A stretch of 64,000 nt of DNA from a bacterium. Its GTDB lineage: Bacteria; Electryoneota; Electryoneia; Electryoneales; Electryoneaceae. How positions within the stretch are numbered: position 1 is the stretch's first letter; every line of letters begins with the position of its first letter. The position numbers and the translations under genes are program-made. Shown here piece by piece: positions 48,109 to 57,428 of the stretch. The DNA lies in contig OY769902.1 of NCBI GenBank assembly GCA_963669175.1, positions 480,001 to 544,000 of the forward strand, written 5' to 3'. The notes under the pieces were generated by a model that saw nothing but the letters and a program-made list of their open reading frames with translations, did no database searches and was not told where the DNA came from.

Positions 48109-49150
48109 AATTCTGCTGGAATCGGGAAAACGTATCGGTGATGACCATCCGGTGTACATCATCGCGGAAGCGGGCAGCAACCATAATGGCAGTCTGAACC
48201 AGGCGTTTACCCTGATCGATATTGCCGCCGATGCCGGCGCGGACGCGGTAAAATTCCAAACCTTCCGTGCAGATCGGCTCTATGCCAAATCAGCCGGACG
48301 CAGCGACTATCTCGGCGAAGAACGTGAGATCAACGACATCATCGCCGAGCTGGAAATGCCGTTCGACTGGATTCCCCAGCTTGCTGCGCATGCACGTGAA
48401 TGTGGTATCGACTTCCTCTCCACTCCCTTCGATGAAAAATCCGCTGACTTGCTGGCCAAGCATGTCCCGCTGTTCAAAATCGCATCCTATGAGATGACGC
48501 ATATTCCTTTGCTGCGTCATGTCGCCACATTCGGCAAACCGATGGTGGTATCTACAGGAACCGCAACACTGGATGAAGTGCGCGCCAGTGTGGCCGCCAT
48601 GACAGAGGCTGGAATTCGTGACCTGGTCCTGATGCAATGCACCGCCAGCTACCCGACTCCACCGGAAGCGGCGAATGTGCGAGCATTGGTGACCCTGCGT
48701 GAAGCGACACGGTTTATGACCGGGCTGTCGGACCATACCCGTGATCCGTTAGTCGCACCGATGACCGCGACTGCTCTGGGCGCTGTGGTAATCGAAAAGC
48801 ATTTCACCATCAGCAACCTGCTTCCCGGCCCGGATCATACCTACGCGATTGAACCGAATGAATTACGGGAAATGGTACGCTGCATTCGTGAGGTGGAAAC
48901 TGTGCTTGGTTCCGGGGAAAAGAGTGTACAAGAAGCCGAGTTGGAATTGCGTGATTTTGCCCGTCGCTCGTTGTTTACCACACAGGCAGTGAAGAAGGGG
49001 CAACCGTTCAGCCTGGATTTTATTGCGGCGCTTCGTCACGGCAAACGTACTCCCGGCCTGGCTCCAGACCAACTGGAGCGTGTACTGGCCTCAAAAGCCG
49101 CTTTCGATATCAAGGAAGATGAAGCCATCCGTGAGGAGATGTTGGCATGA
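48101..49150 (+). CDS. pseI: Pseudaminic/N-acetylneuraminic acid synthase (NeuB family) with SAF domain
   Basis: IIAEAGSNHNG, ADAVKFQT, STPFD, KIASYE, C..SYP, GLSDHT, IEKHFT, GPDH, RRSL. Confidence 0.85.
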   Translation: MGEILLESGKRIGDDHPVYIIAEAGSNHNGSLNQAFTLIDIAADAGADAVKFQTFRADRLYAKSAGRSDYLGEEREINDIIAELEMPFDWIPQLAAHARECGIDFLSTPFDEKSADLLAKHVPLFKIASYEMTHIPLLRHVATFGKPMVVSTGTATLDEVRASVAAMTEAGIRDLVLMQCTASYPTPPEAANVRALVTLREATRFMTGLSDHTRDPLVAPMTATALGAVVIEKHFTISNLLPGPDHTYAIEPNELREMVRCIREVETVLGSGEKSVQEAELELRDFARRSLFTTQAVKKGQPFSLDFIAALRHGKRTPGLAPDQLERVLASKAAFDIKEDEAIREEMLA

Positions 49151-49677
49151 GTATAATTCCTGGTGATGGCATACGACTGCGTCCACTGGCGGAAGGCGAT
49201 ACCGAACGAATTGTCCGCTGGCGCTCACGTCCCGAGGTGGTCGCCGGGTTGTTCAGCGAACGTGGCCCGACTGCGGAAGAACATGAACGCTGGTTCAAAT
49301 CATACTTGCAGGATGATCACCGGCAGGAATTTGTCATTGAGATGATTGAAACGGGTCAACCTGTAGGCACCATCGGGTTGAACAACCTCGACTTTCACCA
49401 CATGCACGGAGAATTCGGGGTGTTGATCGGGGAAGACAGCGTGCGTGGCAAGGGAATCGCCCATAAGGCTGGCGTGGCGATCCTGAGGTATGCGTTTAAG
49501 GAATTAGGCTTGGAGCGGGTGTACCTGCTGGTATTTCCAGGAAACGAAGCGGCGAACCGGCTGTATCATCGTCTCGGCTTCGTCGAGGAGGGCATTCTGC
49601 GAAACCACATCTTCAAGGACAACGAGTTCCGTGATGTGGTGATGATGAGTGTATTGGTGGAGGATTTTAATGGCTGA
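49147..49677 (+). CDS. pseH: GNAT N-acetyltransferase (PseH-like)
   Basis: LRPL...D...I..WR, EEH..WF, RGKG, N..A..LY..LGF..EG; position in the pse cluster. Confidence 0.75.
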   Translation: MSIIPGDGIRLRPLAEGDTERIVRWRSRPEVVAGLFSERGPTAEEHERWFKSYLQDDHRQEFVIEMIETGQPVGTIGLNNLDFHHMHGEFGVLIGEDSVRGKGIAHKAGVAILRYAFKELGLERVYLLVFPGNEAANRLYHRLGFVEEGILRNHIFKDNEFRDVVMMSVLVEDFNG

Positions 49678-50293
49678 ACGGGTCGCCATTGTCAACTACG
49701 GGATGGGAAACCTGCGTTCGGTGATGAACGCTTGCGAAGCATTGGGTATCCCGGTATCCATTGCCCATACCCCAGGCGACCTGGATAAGGCCAGTCATAT
49801 CATCCTGCCCGGTGTGGGCGCCTTTGCCGACGCCATGCAGTACCTGCGTGATGGCGGGTGGGTGGAACCGTTGTATGAGCAGGTTTTCGACCGGAAGAAA
49901 CCATTTCTTGGCATCTGTCTGGGGATGCAATTGTTGATGGAACGCAGTGAAGAAGGTGGAGACCAAGAAGGATTGGGCTGGTTCAAAGGTGCAGTGAAGC
50001 GACTGCCCGACGACAACGGCACCCTGCGTATCCCGCATGTGGGCTGGAACGATGTCCATTTTGAAAAGCGGGTTGGCGCCTTTGCCCAGTCTTCTGAGGA
50101 AGCGACGTTTTATTTCGTGCACAGTTTTGCCGTGGTCCCGGATAAGCCGGATGAAGTCGCCGGGTGGTGCGAATACGGACAACCTTTCGCGGCAGCGTTG
50201 TGCCGTGATCATGTCTACGCTACCCAGTTTCACCCGGAGAAAAGCCAACGGGATGGTTTGGCCATCCTGCGCGGGTTTGCGGAAACGGAATAA
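49670..50293 (+). CDS. HisH-like glutamine amidotransferase (WbuY-type, glycan amidation module)
   Basis: YGMGNL.SV, LPGVGAF, GICLGMQ, PH.GWN, YFVHS, QFHPEKS. Confidence 0.9.
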   Translation: MAERVAIVNYGMGNLRSVMNACEALGIPVSIAHTPGDLDKASHIILPGVGAFADAMQYLRDGGWVEPLYEQVFDRKKPFLGICLGMQLLMERSEEGGDQEGLGWFKGAVKRLPDDNGTLRIPHVGWNDVHFEKRVGAFAQSSEEATFYFVHSFAVVPDKPDEVAGWCEYGQPFAAALCRDHVYATQFHPEKSQRDGLAILRGFAETE

Positions 50294-50299
50294 GACCGG

Positions 50300-50378
50300 T
50301 TTCACGCAAAGACGCGAAACTGGCAATATTGCAGAAATGGGAAAAATATCTCACGCAAAGACGCAAAGAAAGGCAAAA
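50300..50378 (-). repeat. Two inverse CTTTGCG-repeat arms (TCACGCAAAGACGC)
   Basis: TTTCACGCAAAGACGCG at 50300; TCTCACGCAAAGACGCAAAG at ~50349. Confidence 0.7.
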
Positions 50379-50451
50379 CCTTTGTAATGCTGTGTTGGGG
50401 CTTTTGAAGTAGTGCAGCCGGATTTTCAGAAACGGAAAAAGCATTTTTAGT

Positions 50452-50670
50452 GTTGTGTCAGGTCTTGGCACGCATAGCCAGTTGTGTCAGGTCTTGGCAC
50501 GCATAGCCAGTTGTGTCAGGTCTTGGCACGCATAGCCAGTTGTGTCAGGTCTTGGCACGCATAGCCAGTTGTGTCAGGTCTTGGCACGCATAGCCAGTTG
50601 TGTCAGGTCTTGGCACGCATAGCCAGTTGTGTCAGGTCTTGGCACGCGAAGCGGGTTGTGACCTGACACG
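50452..50670 (+). repeat. 29-bp perfect tandem repeat x6 plus a partial seventh unit closing a GTCAGGTC-family hairpin
   Basis: GTTGTGTCAGGTCTTGGCACGCATAGCCA x6, then ...GGCACGCGAAGCGGGTTGTGACCTGACAC. Confidence 0.95.
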
Positions 50671-50740
50671 TAACAGGAAGAACAAGGATGGTAAAGGTCT
50701 CGCAACATATTCCGGGTAACCGAACCAGGGAGAAGCGCTC

Positions 50741-51538
50741 ATGCTGAAAGTGCGTCTCATCCCGGTGCTGTTGCTTCAAAACGGCCTGCTGGTGCGTAGC
50801 GAAACCTTCTCCATCCACCAGATCATCGGCAACCCGATCCACGAGGTTGAACGCTACAACCAGTGGAATGTGGACGAGCTGATCTACCTCGATATTACCC
50901 GTGAGGGTGGCTACGACCTGCGACGCGCCGACCAGAAAATCCGTAACCTGGCCGACCCGATGCAGATCCTGGAAGAGGTCAGCAAGACCTGTTTTATGCC
51001 GTTGACCTGGGGCGGACGTATCCGCAGCCTCGACGACATGATCCACTGCATCCAGCATGGAGCGGACAAGGTGGCGATCTGTACCGGGGCGTGGGATACG
51101 CCGGAACTGATCGAAGCCGGGGCGAAACGATTGGGTAGCCAGGCGGTGGTGGTGACAATTGATGTAAGACGTGATATAGAAGGAGTACCGTCCGTATGGG
51201 TGGAGGGCGGTTCTCGCGCCACCGACGCTCACCCGATAGAGTGGGCAGTTGAGGTGGAAAAGCGTGGCGCTGGTGAAATCCTGTTGCAGAGTATTGACCG
51301 TGATGGCACCGGGCGCGGGTATGACAGGAAACTGATCAGCGAAGTCGCGGAAGCGGTGAAGATACCGGTGATTGCGTTGGGTGGGGTAAGCACCTTCGAA
51401 CAGTACAAGGCTGGGGTGAAAGCGGGGGCTTCTGCTGTAGCGGCGGCGAACCTGTGGCACTTCAAGGAACTGGCGGACCGTCAGGGAAAACGTGCCTTGC
51501 AACGGGCGGGAGTCCCGGTGCGCGCACCTTCCAAGTGA
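50741..51538 (+). CDS. HisF-like cyclase subunit (WbuZ/AglZ-type)
   Basis: RLIP.LL, G.P, DEL..LDI, PL..GG.IR, GADKV, GAGEILL.SIDRDGT..GYD, PVIA.GG. Confidence 0.9.
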   Translation: MLKVRLIPVLLLQNGLLVRSETFSIHQIIGNPIHEVERYNQWNVDELIYLDITREGGYDLRRADQKIRNLADPMQILEEVSKTCFMPLTWGGRIRSLDDMIHCIQHGADKVAICTGAWDTPELIEAGAKRLGSQAVVVTIDVRRDIEGVPSVWVEGGSRATDAHPIEWAVEVEKRGAGEILLQSIDRDGTGRGYDRKLISEVAEAVKIPVIALGGVSTFEQYKAGVKAGASAVAAANLWHFKELADRQGKRALQRAGVPVRAPSK

Positions 51539-51754
51539 GTCACAAGGGATTCACAAGATGTACAAGATAGCTAATGATAAACAGGATACGTGGTAGAATG
51601 TACAAGATGGGAAGGATAGTAAGGATACTAAGGATAAAAATATTATTAGGGTTAAAAGACAAAATGAAATTCTTAAATTATTTGTTTAATTAATATTATT
51701 TATTTGTTTTTCTTTTAATCTTTTCTTTGCGCCTTTGCGTCTTTGCGTGAAACA
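51539..51754 (+). repeat. Composite AGGAT/CTTTGCG intergenic element, copy 4 (ATCCT arm largely missing)
   Basis: TTCACAAGATGTACAAGAT...AGGATAGTAAGGATACTAAGGATAA...TTTTCTTTGCGCCTTTGCGTCTTTGCGTGAAACA. Confidence 0.85.
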
Positions 51755-51802
51755 AATCAGTTCAAGTAGTTCAACGACAGACAACAGTTTTAAGGATTAG
51801 TT

Positions 51803-53020
51803 ATGCAATACTGTACACGCTGTGTCTACCCTGCGGTTGCTGCGACACCGTTGACCTTTGATGACAAGGGTGTCTGTTCCGGCTGCCGTGTCCATGCCCA
51901 GAAGGGTGAGATCGATTGGGAAGAACGCTGGGAGATGCTTGTTGATTTGGTGGAAGACTATACAACCGATGGCGACTACGACATCGTGATCCCGGTCAGC
52001 GGCGGCAAGGACAGCTACTACCAGGCGCATGTCGCCATTCACGAGTTGGGCCTCAAGCCCCTCTTGGTCACCTATCATGGCAACAACTACCTGCCGGAAG
52101 GCCAGCGCAATCTCGACCGTATGCGTGAGGTATTCGACGCCGACCATATCATCGTACGCCCAAGTACGGATGTCCTGATCAAAATGAACCGCATCGGCTT
52201 CAAGCTGATGGGCGACATGAACTGGCATGCCCACTGTGGCATTTTCACTGTCCCGATCCAGGTCGCCGCACGCTACCGTGTTCCGTTAATCCTTTGGGGT
52301 GAGCATGGTTTCCTTGACCTTGGCGGCATGTTCTCCATGTATGACTTCCCCGAGTTCACAGCCAAGCATCGTCTTGAGCACTCCTTGCGTGGCTATGACT
52401 GGTACGATTTTACCGATGAAGGACTGGAAAAACTGGGCCGCCCCGATCTGAAAGAAGGCTTGACCCGGAAAGACCTGCAATGGGCGATTTACCCGGACGA
52501 TGAAACCATCGACGAAGTCGGGGTACGTGGCATTTACCTGGGCAACTATGTCAACTGGGACGCCAACTCGCACTCGAAGCTGGTTGTGGAGAAATACGGT
52601 TGGGAGCCGGCACGGCAGCCGTTCGAACGCACCTACCGGACCTTCTCCAACCTGGATGACATGCACGAAAACGGTATCCACGATTACCTGAAGTTCATCA
52701 AGTTCGGCTATGGACGCGCTACCGACCACGCCTGCAAGGACTGCCGTAGCGGCGCGATGAGCCGTGAGGAAGGTGTCGAAAAGGTGCGTCAGTATGATTC
52801 CGTGAAACCACGCCGTGATCTTGAACGCTGGCTTGACTATGTGGGCATGACGGAAGCAGAATTCGACCGTATCTGTGATACTTTCCGTGATCCACGAGTC
52901 TGGTCCATCGAAGACGATCAATGGGTAAAGCAGAACATCTGGGGCGGCACATCGAGCTACGGCCCGGTGCATGCCATGCCGGAAGGACACGCCGGACGCA
53001 AACAGGCAGGACAGTCATGA
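51803..53020 (+). CDS. N-acetyl sugar amidotransferase (WbuX/WbpG/PseA family, PP-loop)
   Basis: YCTRC..P, GVCSGC, YD....SGGKDS, WGE, K.GYGRAT..AC...R.G...REE. Confidence 0.9.
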   Translation: MQYCTRCVYPAVAATPLTFDDKGVCSGCRVHAQKGEIDWEERWEMLVDLVEDYTTDGDYDIVIPVSGGKDSYYQAHVAIHELGLKPLLVTYHGNNYLPEGQRNLDRMREVFDADHIIVRPSTDVLIKMNRIGFKLMGDMNWHAHCGIFTVPIQVAARYRVPLILWGEHGFLDLGGMFSMYDFPEFTAKHRLEHSLRGYDWYDFTDEGLEKLGRPDLKEGLTRKDLQWAIYPDDETIDEVGVRGIYLGNYVNWDANSHSKLVVEKYGWEPARQPFERTYRTFSNLDDMHENGIHDYLKFIKFGYGRATDHACKDCRSGAMSREEGVEKVRQYDSVKPRRDLERWLDYVGMTEAEFDRICDTFRDPRVWSIEDDQWVKQNIWGGTSSYGPVHAMPEGHAGRKQAGQS

Positions 53021-54033
53021 GCGAAAAGACGATCAGGTTCAGTGAAGAGGATATCCGTCCGGAAAAATGGATGGACCGTCAGCGTGAAGCCTACAACCGT
53101 GACATGGCCTGGTTGTTGGAACGTGAAAATCGCTTTGTCCATGTTCCATGCCCCGCCTGCGCTGCGGATAACACGACAGAGAAGTACCTGAAGCATGGTT
53201 TTCATTACGTGGAATGCGCGAATTGCGGCACGCTATACACCAACCCGCGTCCGGATCAGGCCTTGCTGCACGAGTTCTATGCCCGCGCGGAAAATTACAA
53301 GTACTGGAACGATGTGATTTTCCCGGCTTCGGAAGAAGCGCGACGGGAAAGCATCTTCAAGCCACGCGCGGAGCGTACCGCCGAACTGTGCAAGCGTTAC
53401 GGTGTATCCGGCGGAACCATGCTGGAAGTCGGGGCCGGATTCGGCACATTTTGCGTGGAAATGAAGAAGCTGAACCTGTTCGACCGGATCTTTGCTGTAG
53501 AACCCACGCCTGACCTGGCGCAATCCTGCCGGGATCGTGGGCTGGAAGTCATCGAGTCCCCGATTGAAAAGGTGGACCTCGACCTCGGCGAAGTAGATGT
53601 CATTGCCAGCTATGAAACGATTGAGCACCTGTTCGATCCACGCGGGTTCATTGCCGATTGCGGGAAACGGTTACGTGCCAACGGCCTGCTGCTGTTGACC
53701 TGCCCGAATGGACGCGGGTTTGATGTGGCCACGCTTGGCGAACATTCCGGCACCATCGACGGAGAACACCTGAACTACTTCAACCCGGATTCACTGGCGC
53801 TGGCGGTGAATGAACTGGGCTTCGAAACATTGGAAGCGCTGACACCGGGACGATTGGACGCGGAACTGGTGCATAAAAAAATCCTGTCCGGCGAGTTCAT
53901 ACTTGAAAGACAACCGTTCCTGCAGGAAATTCTGGTAGATCGCTGGGAAGAACTGGGCGCAACCTTCCAGGATTTCCTCGCGGAAAACCGTTTGAGTTCG
54001 CATCTCTGGCTGGTAGCGAGGAAAATCGGATGA
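53017..54033 (+). CDS. Class I SAM methyltransferase with N-terminal Zn-binding CxxC pairs
   Basis: CPAC..C.NCG..Y.NPRP; LEVGAGFG; E.IEH..DP; HLNYF. Confidence 0.85.
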   Translation: MSEKTIRFSEEDIRPEKWMDRQREAYNRDMAWLLERENRFVHVPCPACAADNTTEKYLKHGFHYVECANCGTLYTNPRPDQALLHEFYARAENYKYWNDVIFPASEEARRESIFKPRAERTAELCKRYGVSGGTMLEVGAGFGTFCVEMKKLNLFDRIFAVEPTPDLAQSCRDRGLEVIESPIEKVDLDLGEVDVIASYETIEHLFDPRGFIADCGKRLRANGLLLLTCPNGRGFDVATLGEHSGTIDGEHLNYFNPDSLALAVNELGFETLEALTPGRLDAELVHKKILSGEFILERQPFLQEILVDRWEELGATFQDFLAENRLSSHLWLVARKIG

Positions 54034-55037
54034 GCATGTCCGAATTAAATAAGAGTGCCCTGATCATCGGTGGCGGGTCTATCGGCCTGCGTCATCAACG
54101 GCTGCTGGCTGAAGCTGGAGTAGAGACAACCGTTGTCGATCCGGACCCGAAGCGGTGCGAACTGGCGAAAAAGGCCGGGGCAATAGCATTCACGGTATTG
54201 GATGATGCTTTTTCGAGCGTCCCTTATACCTTGGCGCTGATCTGTACGCCGCCTTCGCTGCACATCGAGATGGCGTTGGCCTGTGCTGAATACGCCGAGA
54301 CCCTGTTCATCGAAAAACCGGTAGCGCATACTCACAGCGACTTGCGCCGCCTCCTGGATCGTTTTGGAAACAACGACAAGAAACTGCTGGTAGGTTACAA
54401 CCTCCGGTTTGAGCCGGGAGTTCGACGGGTAAAACGTGCGCTGGAACGTGGTGAAATCGGCGCTCCTTATTTCGTGCGTTCCGAGTTCGGCCAATACCTG
54501 CCCGACTGGCGACCGGGACGCGATTACCGTGAGGTCTACACCGCTCGTAAAAACCTGGGCGGAGGTATCCTGCTGGATGCCAGCCATGAGCTGGACCTGC
54601 TGCTCTGGCTGTTCGGACGTCCCTCCGGGGTGTTTGCCAGCCTGCGCAACATCGGCGAGCTTGAAGTCGATGTGGAGAGTTGTGTTGACCTGCACCTGAC
54701 CTTTCCCAAGGGGATTGAAGCGCAGGTGCATCTCGACTTTTTACAGGCCGGGTATCAACGGGTAACTCGCATAGTTGGACAAGAAGGCAGCGCGGAATGG
54801 GATTACGGCAAACGTCGTGTTTTGATCAACCGTAAGACTCGTGCGGAACGGATGAGCCTGGACCGCGATGTGGACGTCATGTACCGTGCCCAACGAGATG
54901 CTTTGTTGAAAGCGGCAGATGGTGAAACAACTATTGCCTGTACGTTGAAACAGGCCGCAGCGGTGCTCGATGTGATTGAAGCCGCACGCATATCCAGTGA
55001 AAACAAAACCTTCGAGACGATAACATGGTCGATTTGA
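54030..55037 (+). CDS. Gfo/Idh/MocA-family oxidoreductase
   Basis: IGGGSIG.RH, TP...H, EKP, VGYNLRF, GQYLPDWRP..DY, GGG.LLD.SHELD. Confidence 0.9.
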   Translation: MSMSELNKSALIIGGGSIGLRHQRLLAEAGVETTVVDPDPKRCELAKKAGAIAFTVLDDAFSSVPYTLALICTPPSLHIEMALACAEYAETLFIEKPVAHTHSDLRRLLDRFGNNDKKLLVGYNLRFEPGVRRVKRALERGEIGAPYFVRSEFGQYLPDWRPGRDYREVYTARKNLGGGILLDASHELDLLLWLFGRPSGVFASLRNIGELEVDVESCVDLHLTFPKGIEAQVHLDFLQAGYQRVTRIVGQEGSAEWDYGKRRVLINRKTRAERMSLDRDVDVMYRAQRDALLKAADGETTIACTLKQAAAVLDVIEAARISSENKTFETITWSI

Positions 55038-55771
55038 CAGGACAGACAGCGCTGGTAACCGCCGGGTCACGTGGGCTCGGGGCCGAGATCGTCCGTGAAC
55101 TGGCGCAGGCCGGAGCAGATGTGGCGTGCACCTATGTGCAGGATGAAGCCGCCGCGAATGGTGTCGTGAAAGAGGTTCAGGATCTGGGCCGAAAAGCAAT
55201 AGCTCTTCGTGCCGATGCGCGTGACTACAACCTTGCGCAAGAGGTTGCTGCAAAGGTGGAAGCCGAACTCGGACCGGTCAGCATTCTCGTATGCAATGCG
55301 GGCATCGCACGCTCCGCGCCAATCGCAAAAATGAGCGAGGAAGACTGGAACGCCGCAATGGATGTATCGCTCAAAGGCACATTCAACTATCTGCGTGCAG
55401 TAGCGCCGGGTATGCAGGCACGCAAGAACGGGAAAATTGTATGCGTCGGTTCGATTAACGGCCTTCGTGGACGCATGGGCAGCGCCAGTTACAACACCGC
55501 CAAGGCAGGCCTGGTGGGGCTGGTGAAAACTGCGGCGTCTGAACTGGGTACTGACGACATCAATGTCAACCTGATCGCGCCCGGATTTATTGAAACCCCG
55601 GGCCAGGAACGCACCCCCGAATTGATCCGTGACCTTGTCCGTAAAGAATGCGCGATCAAACGCCTCGGCACTCCGCAGGATATCGCACCGTTGGTTGTGT
55701 TCCTGGCGAGTCCGTTGGCACGGCATATCACCGGGCAGACCATCAAGGTAGACGCGGGGCAATACTTGTGA
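55025..55771 (+). CDS. Short-chain dehydrogenase/reductase (FabG-like)
   Basis: TAGSRGLG, NAG, YNTAK, VN.IAPG. Confidence 0.9.
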   Translation: MVDLTGQTALVTAGSRGLGAEIVRELAQAGADVACTYVQDEAAANGVVKEVQDLGRKAIALRADARDYNLAQEVAAKVEAELGPVSILVCNAGIARSAPIAKMSEEDWNAAMDVSLKGTFNYLRAVAPGMQARKNGKIVCVGSINGLRGRMGSASYNTAKAGLVGLVKTAASELGTDDINVNLIAPGFIETPGQERTPELIRDLVRKECAIKRLGTPQDIAPLVVFLASPLARHITGQTIKVDAGQYL

Positions 55772-56508
55772 GCCACCCGACCTGCACCGGGATCATACAG
55801 GCACGCATGGGCTCAAGCCGTTTGCCGGGAAAAATGACTGAACTCATCGGCGGTCATAGTTTGCTGGCGTGGGTGGTGCAGCGTGCCAAACAGGCAGAAC
55901 GTGTGGACAAATGGGTTGTAGCGACCACAGACCAGACATTAGATGATGTGCTGGCGGAGTTGGCGCTGGATTTGGGAGCGGAATGCATCCGTGGCCCGGA
56001 AGAGGATGTGCTGGCCAGGTTCAAGTTGGCGCTGGATGCGTTTCCGGGGGAACGTGTGGTGCGTTTGACCGGGGACAATCCCATGGTGGATGGCGCGTTG
56101 GTGGACCGTTGCCTTGAGCAGCTGGAAAAATCCGGCGCGGATATTGTGGATACGGCACGTGAAGGCCATTACCCGGTCGGGTTGTCGGTGGAGGTATTGC
56201 GAGCGGATGTACTCGAACGTGCGGCACATGAGGCGGTCAGTCCGGAGGAACGTGAGCATGTAACCCTGTTCGCGTACCTGCACCCGGAACGGTTCCGGCA
56301 TGTGAGCCTGCCGCGCGCAACAGATGATCATCATCTGCGGGTTACTGTAGACACGGAAGAAGATCTGGCGATGATGCGAAAACTGATAGAACGGTTCAAC
56401 CTGTCCTCGGATACGGATGGCGAAACGATGGTGGATCTGCTTCGGTCATCGCCCGATATCAACCAGATGAATGGTATGATTCAACAGGTGAAACCGAAAG
56501 TTAGTTAA
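55768..56508 (+). CDS. SpsF-like cytidylyltransferase (probable CMP-nonulosonate synthetase, PseF role)
   Basis: IIQARMGSSRLPGK, RG.E.DVL.R, VRLTGD.P, REHVT, R.TVDT.EDL. Confidence 0.8.
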   Translation: MSHPTCTGIIQARMGSSRLPGKMTELIGGHSLLAWVVQRAKQAERVDKWVVATTDQTLDDVLAELALDLGAECIRGPEEDVLARFKLALDAFPGERVVRLTGDNPMVDGALVDRCLEQLEKSGADIVDTAREGHYPVGLSVEVLRADVLERAAHEAVSPEEREHVTLFAYLHPERFRHVSLPRATDDHHLRVTVDTEEDLAMMRKLIERFNLSSDTDGETMVDLLRSSPDINQMNGMIQQVKPKVS

Positions 56509-56579
56509 TACTCCCATTATTATGAATCCATCATATTTTCATGTGCTGTATCACTGAAATATCAAATGTATAGCTGTAA

Positions 56580-57364
56580 AAGGGATATGGAAAAAGGGGA
56601 CTGCCTCCTTTCCCTGGGATAAAGCCTTCCCGCTGTGAATATGGTCCGGGAAAGGTGGCTGTACCTTTTTTCTTGAGTGCAGGCAGGGATTACACGGAAA
56701 AGGGGACAGCTTCCTTTTCCACAAGTTCAGTAAGAATGTTTCGTGTCAGAGCGAGGAAAAGGATTCCGTCCCCTTTTCCCGGCAATTATCACTATAACGG
56801 AACAAAATTGAGAACTGGTATAAGTTCTTCTAACAAAGATTTGAAATATTACACTAGATGAACATTCCGAACGTCATATAACTGAGACAATCAAATTTTT
56901 CACGAAGAGTTGAAACATCAAACAACTCTGAAGGAGTTTGATAGGTGAGCCCAGTGTACGTGCCGTCTGTTTGGCACGTATCCTGGGTAGGAATCACCCC
57001 TTTTTACAACCCCGAAGGGGTTACATAAGAGCTTGATAATAATAAGGATCGAACTCCTATTATGAGTCAGAACTATCCCGTCAGGTCACACGCATGAAAA
57101 ACGTGTGCGCAAGACCTGACGGAACTTAAAAAGGACTGGATTCTCTATATCATTTAGAATAGACCACCGCCGGACAGCCGCTTCCGCTTCGCTTCAGCGT
57201 GCTTCAAGCCGGCGGGACCAAATGGACACTCACATGGAATCTCGAGATCCCCGGTCAGGCTCGGGGATGACATAGAATGGAGACTAGCTTCGCACTTTCA
57301 AGCCTGCGGGGCAAAAAGAGTTGTGTCAGGTCTTGCCGCGCGAAGCAAGGTGTGACCTGACACG
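56580..57364. repeat. Intergenic stack of at least five different REP-like families
   Basis: AAAGGGGAC hairpins 56582-56780; CCCAG/AACCCCGAAGGGGTT 56923-57027; GTCAGGTC hairpins 57078-57122 and 57323-57363; GGCCCCG right arm 57151-57222; ATCCCCG..CGGGGATGAC ~57247-57271. Confidence 0.8.
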
Positions 57365-57428
57365 ATTGAAGAAAACCAGGTAGAGTTAAAGAAAACTGGG
57401 TAGAGCAGCAACAAGGCAGGGAGAGAAC

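Noticed and set aside
50452-50670. CRISPR array (29-bp repeats)
   Set aside because: Units are head-to-tail with no spacers; no cas genes in the window.
49670-51538. Housekeeping histidine biosynthesis hisH/hisF
   Set aside because: No other his genes nearby; adjacency to an N-acetyl sugar amidotransferase identifies the glycan-amidation paralogues.
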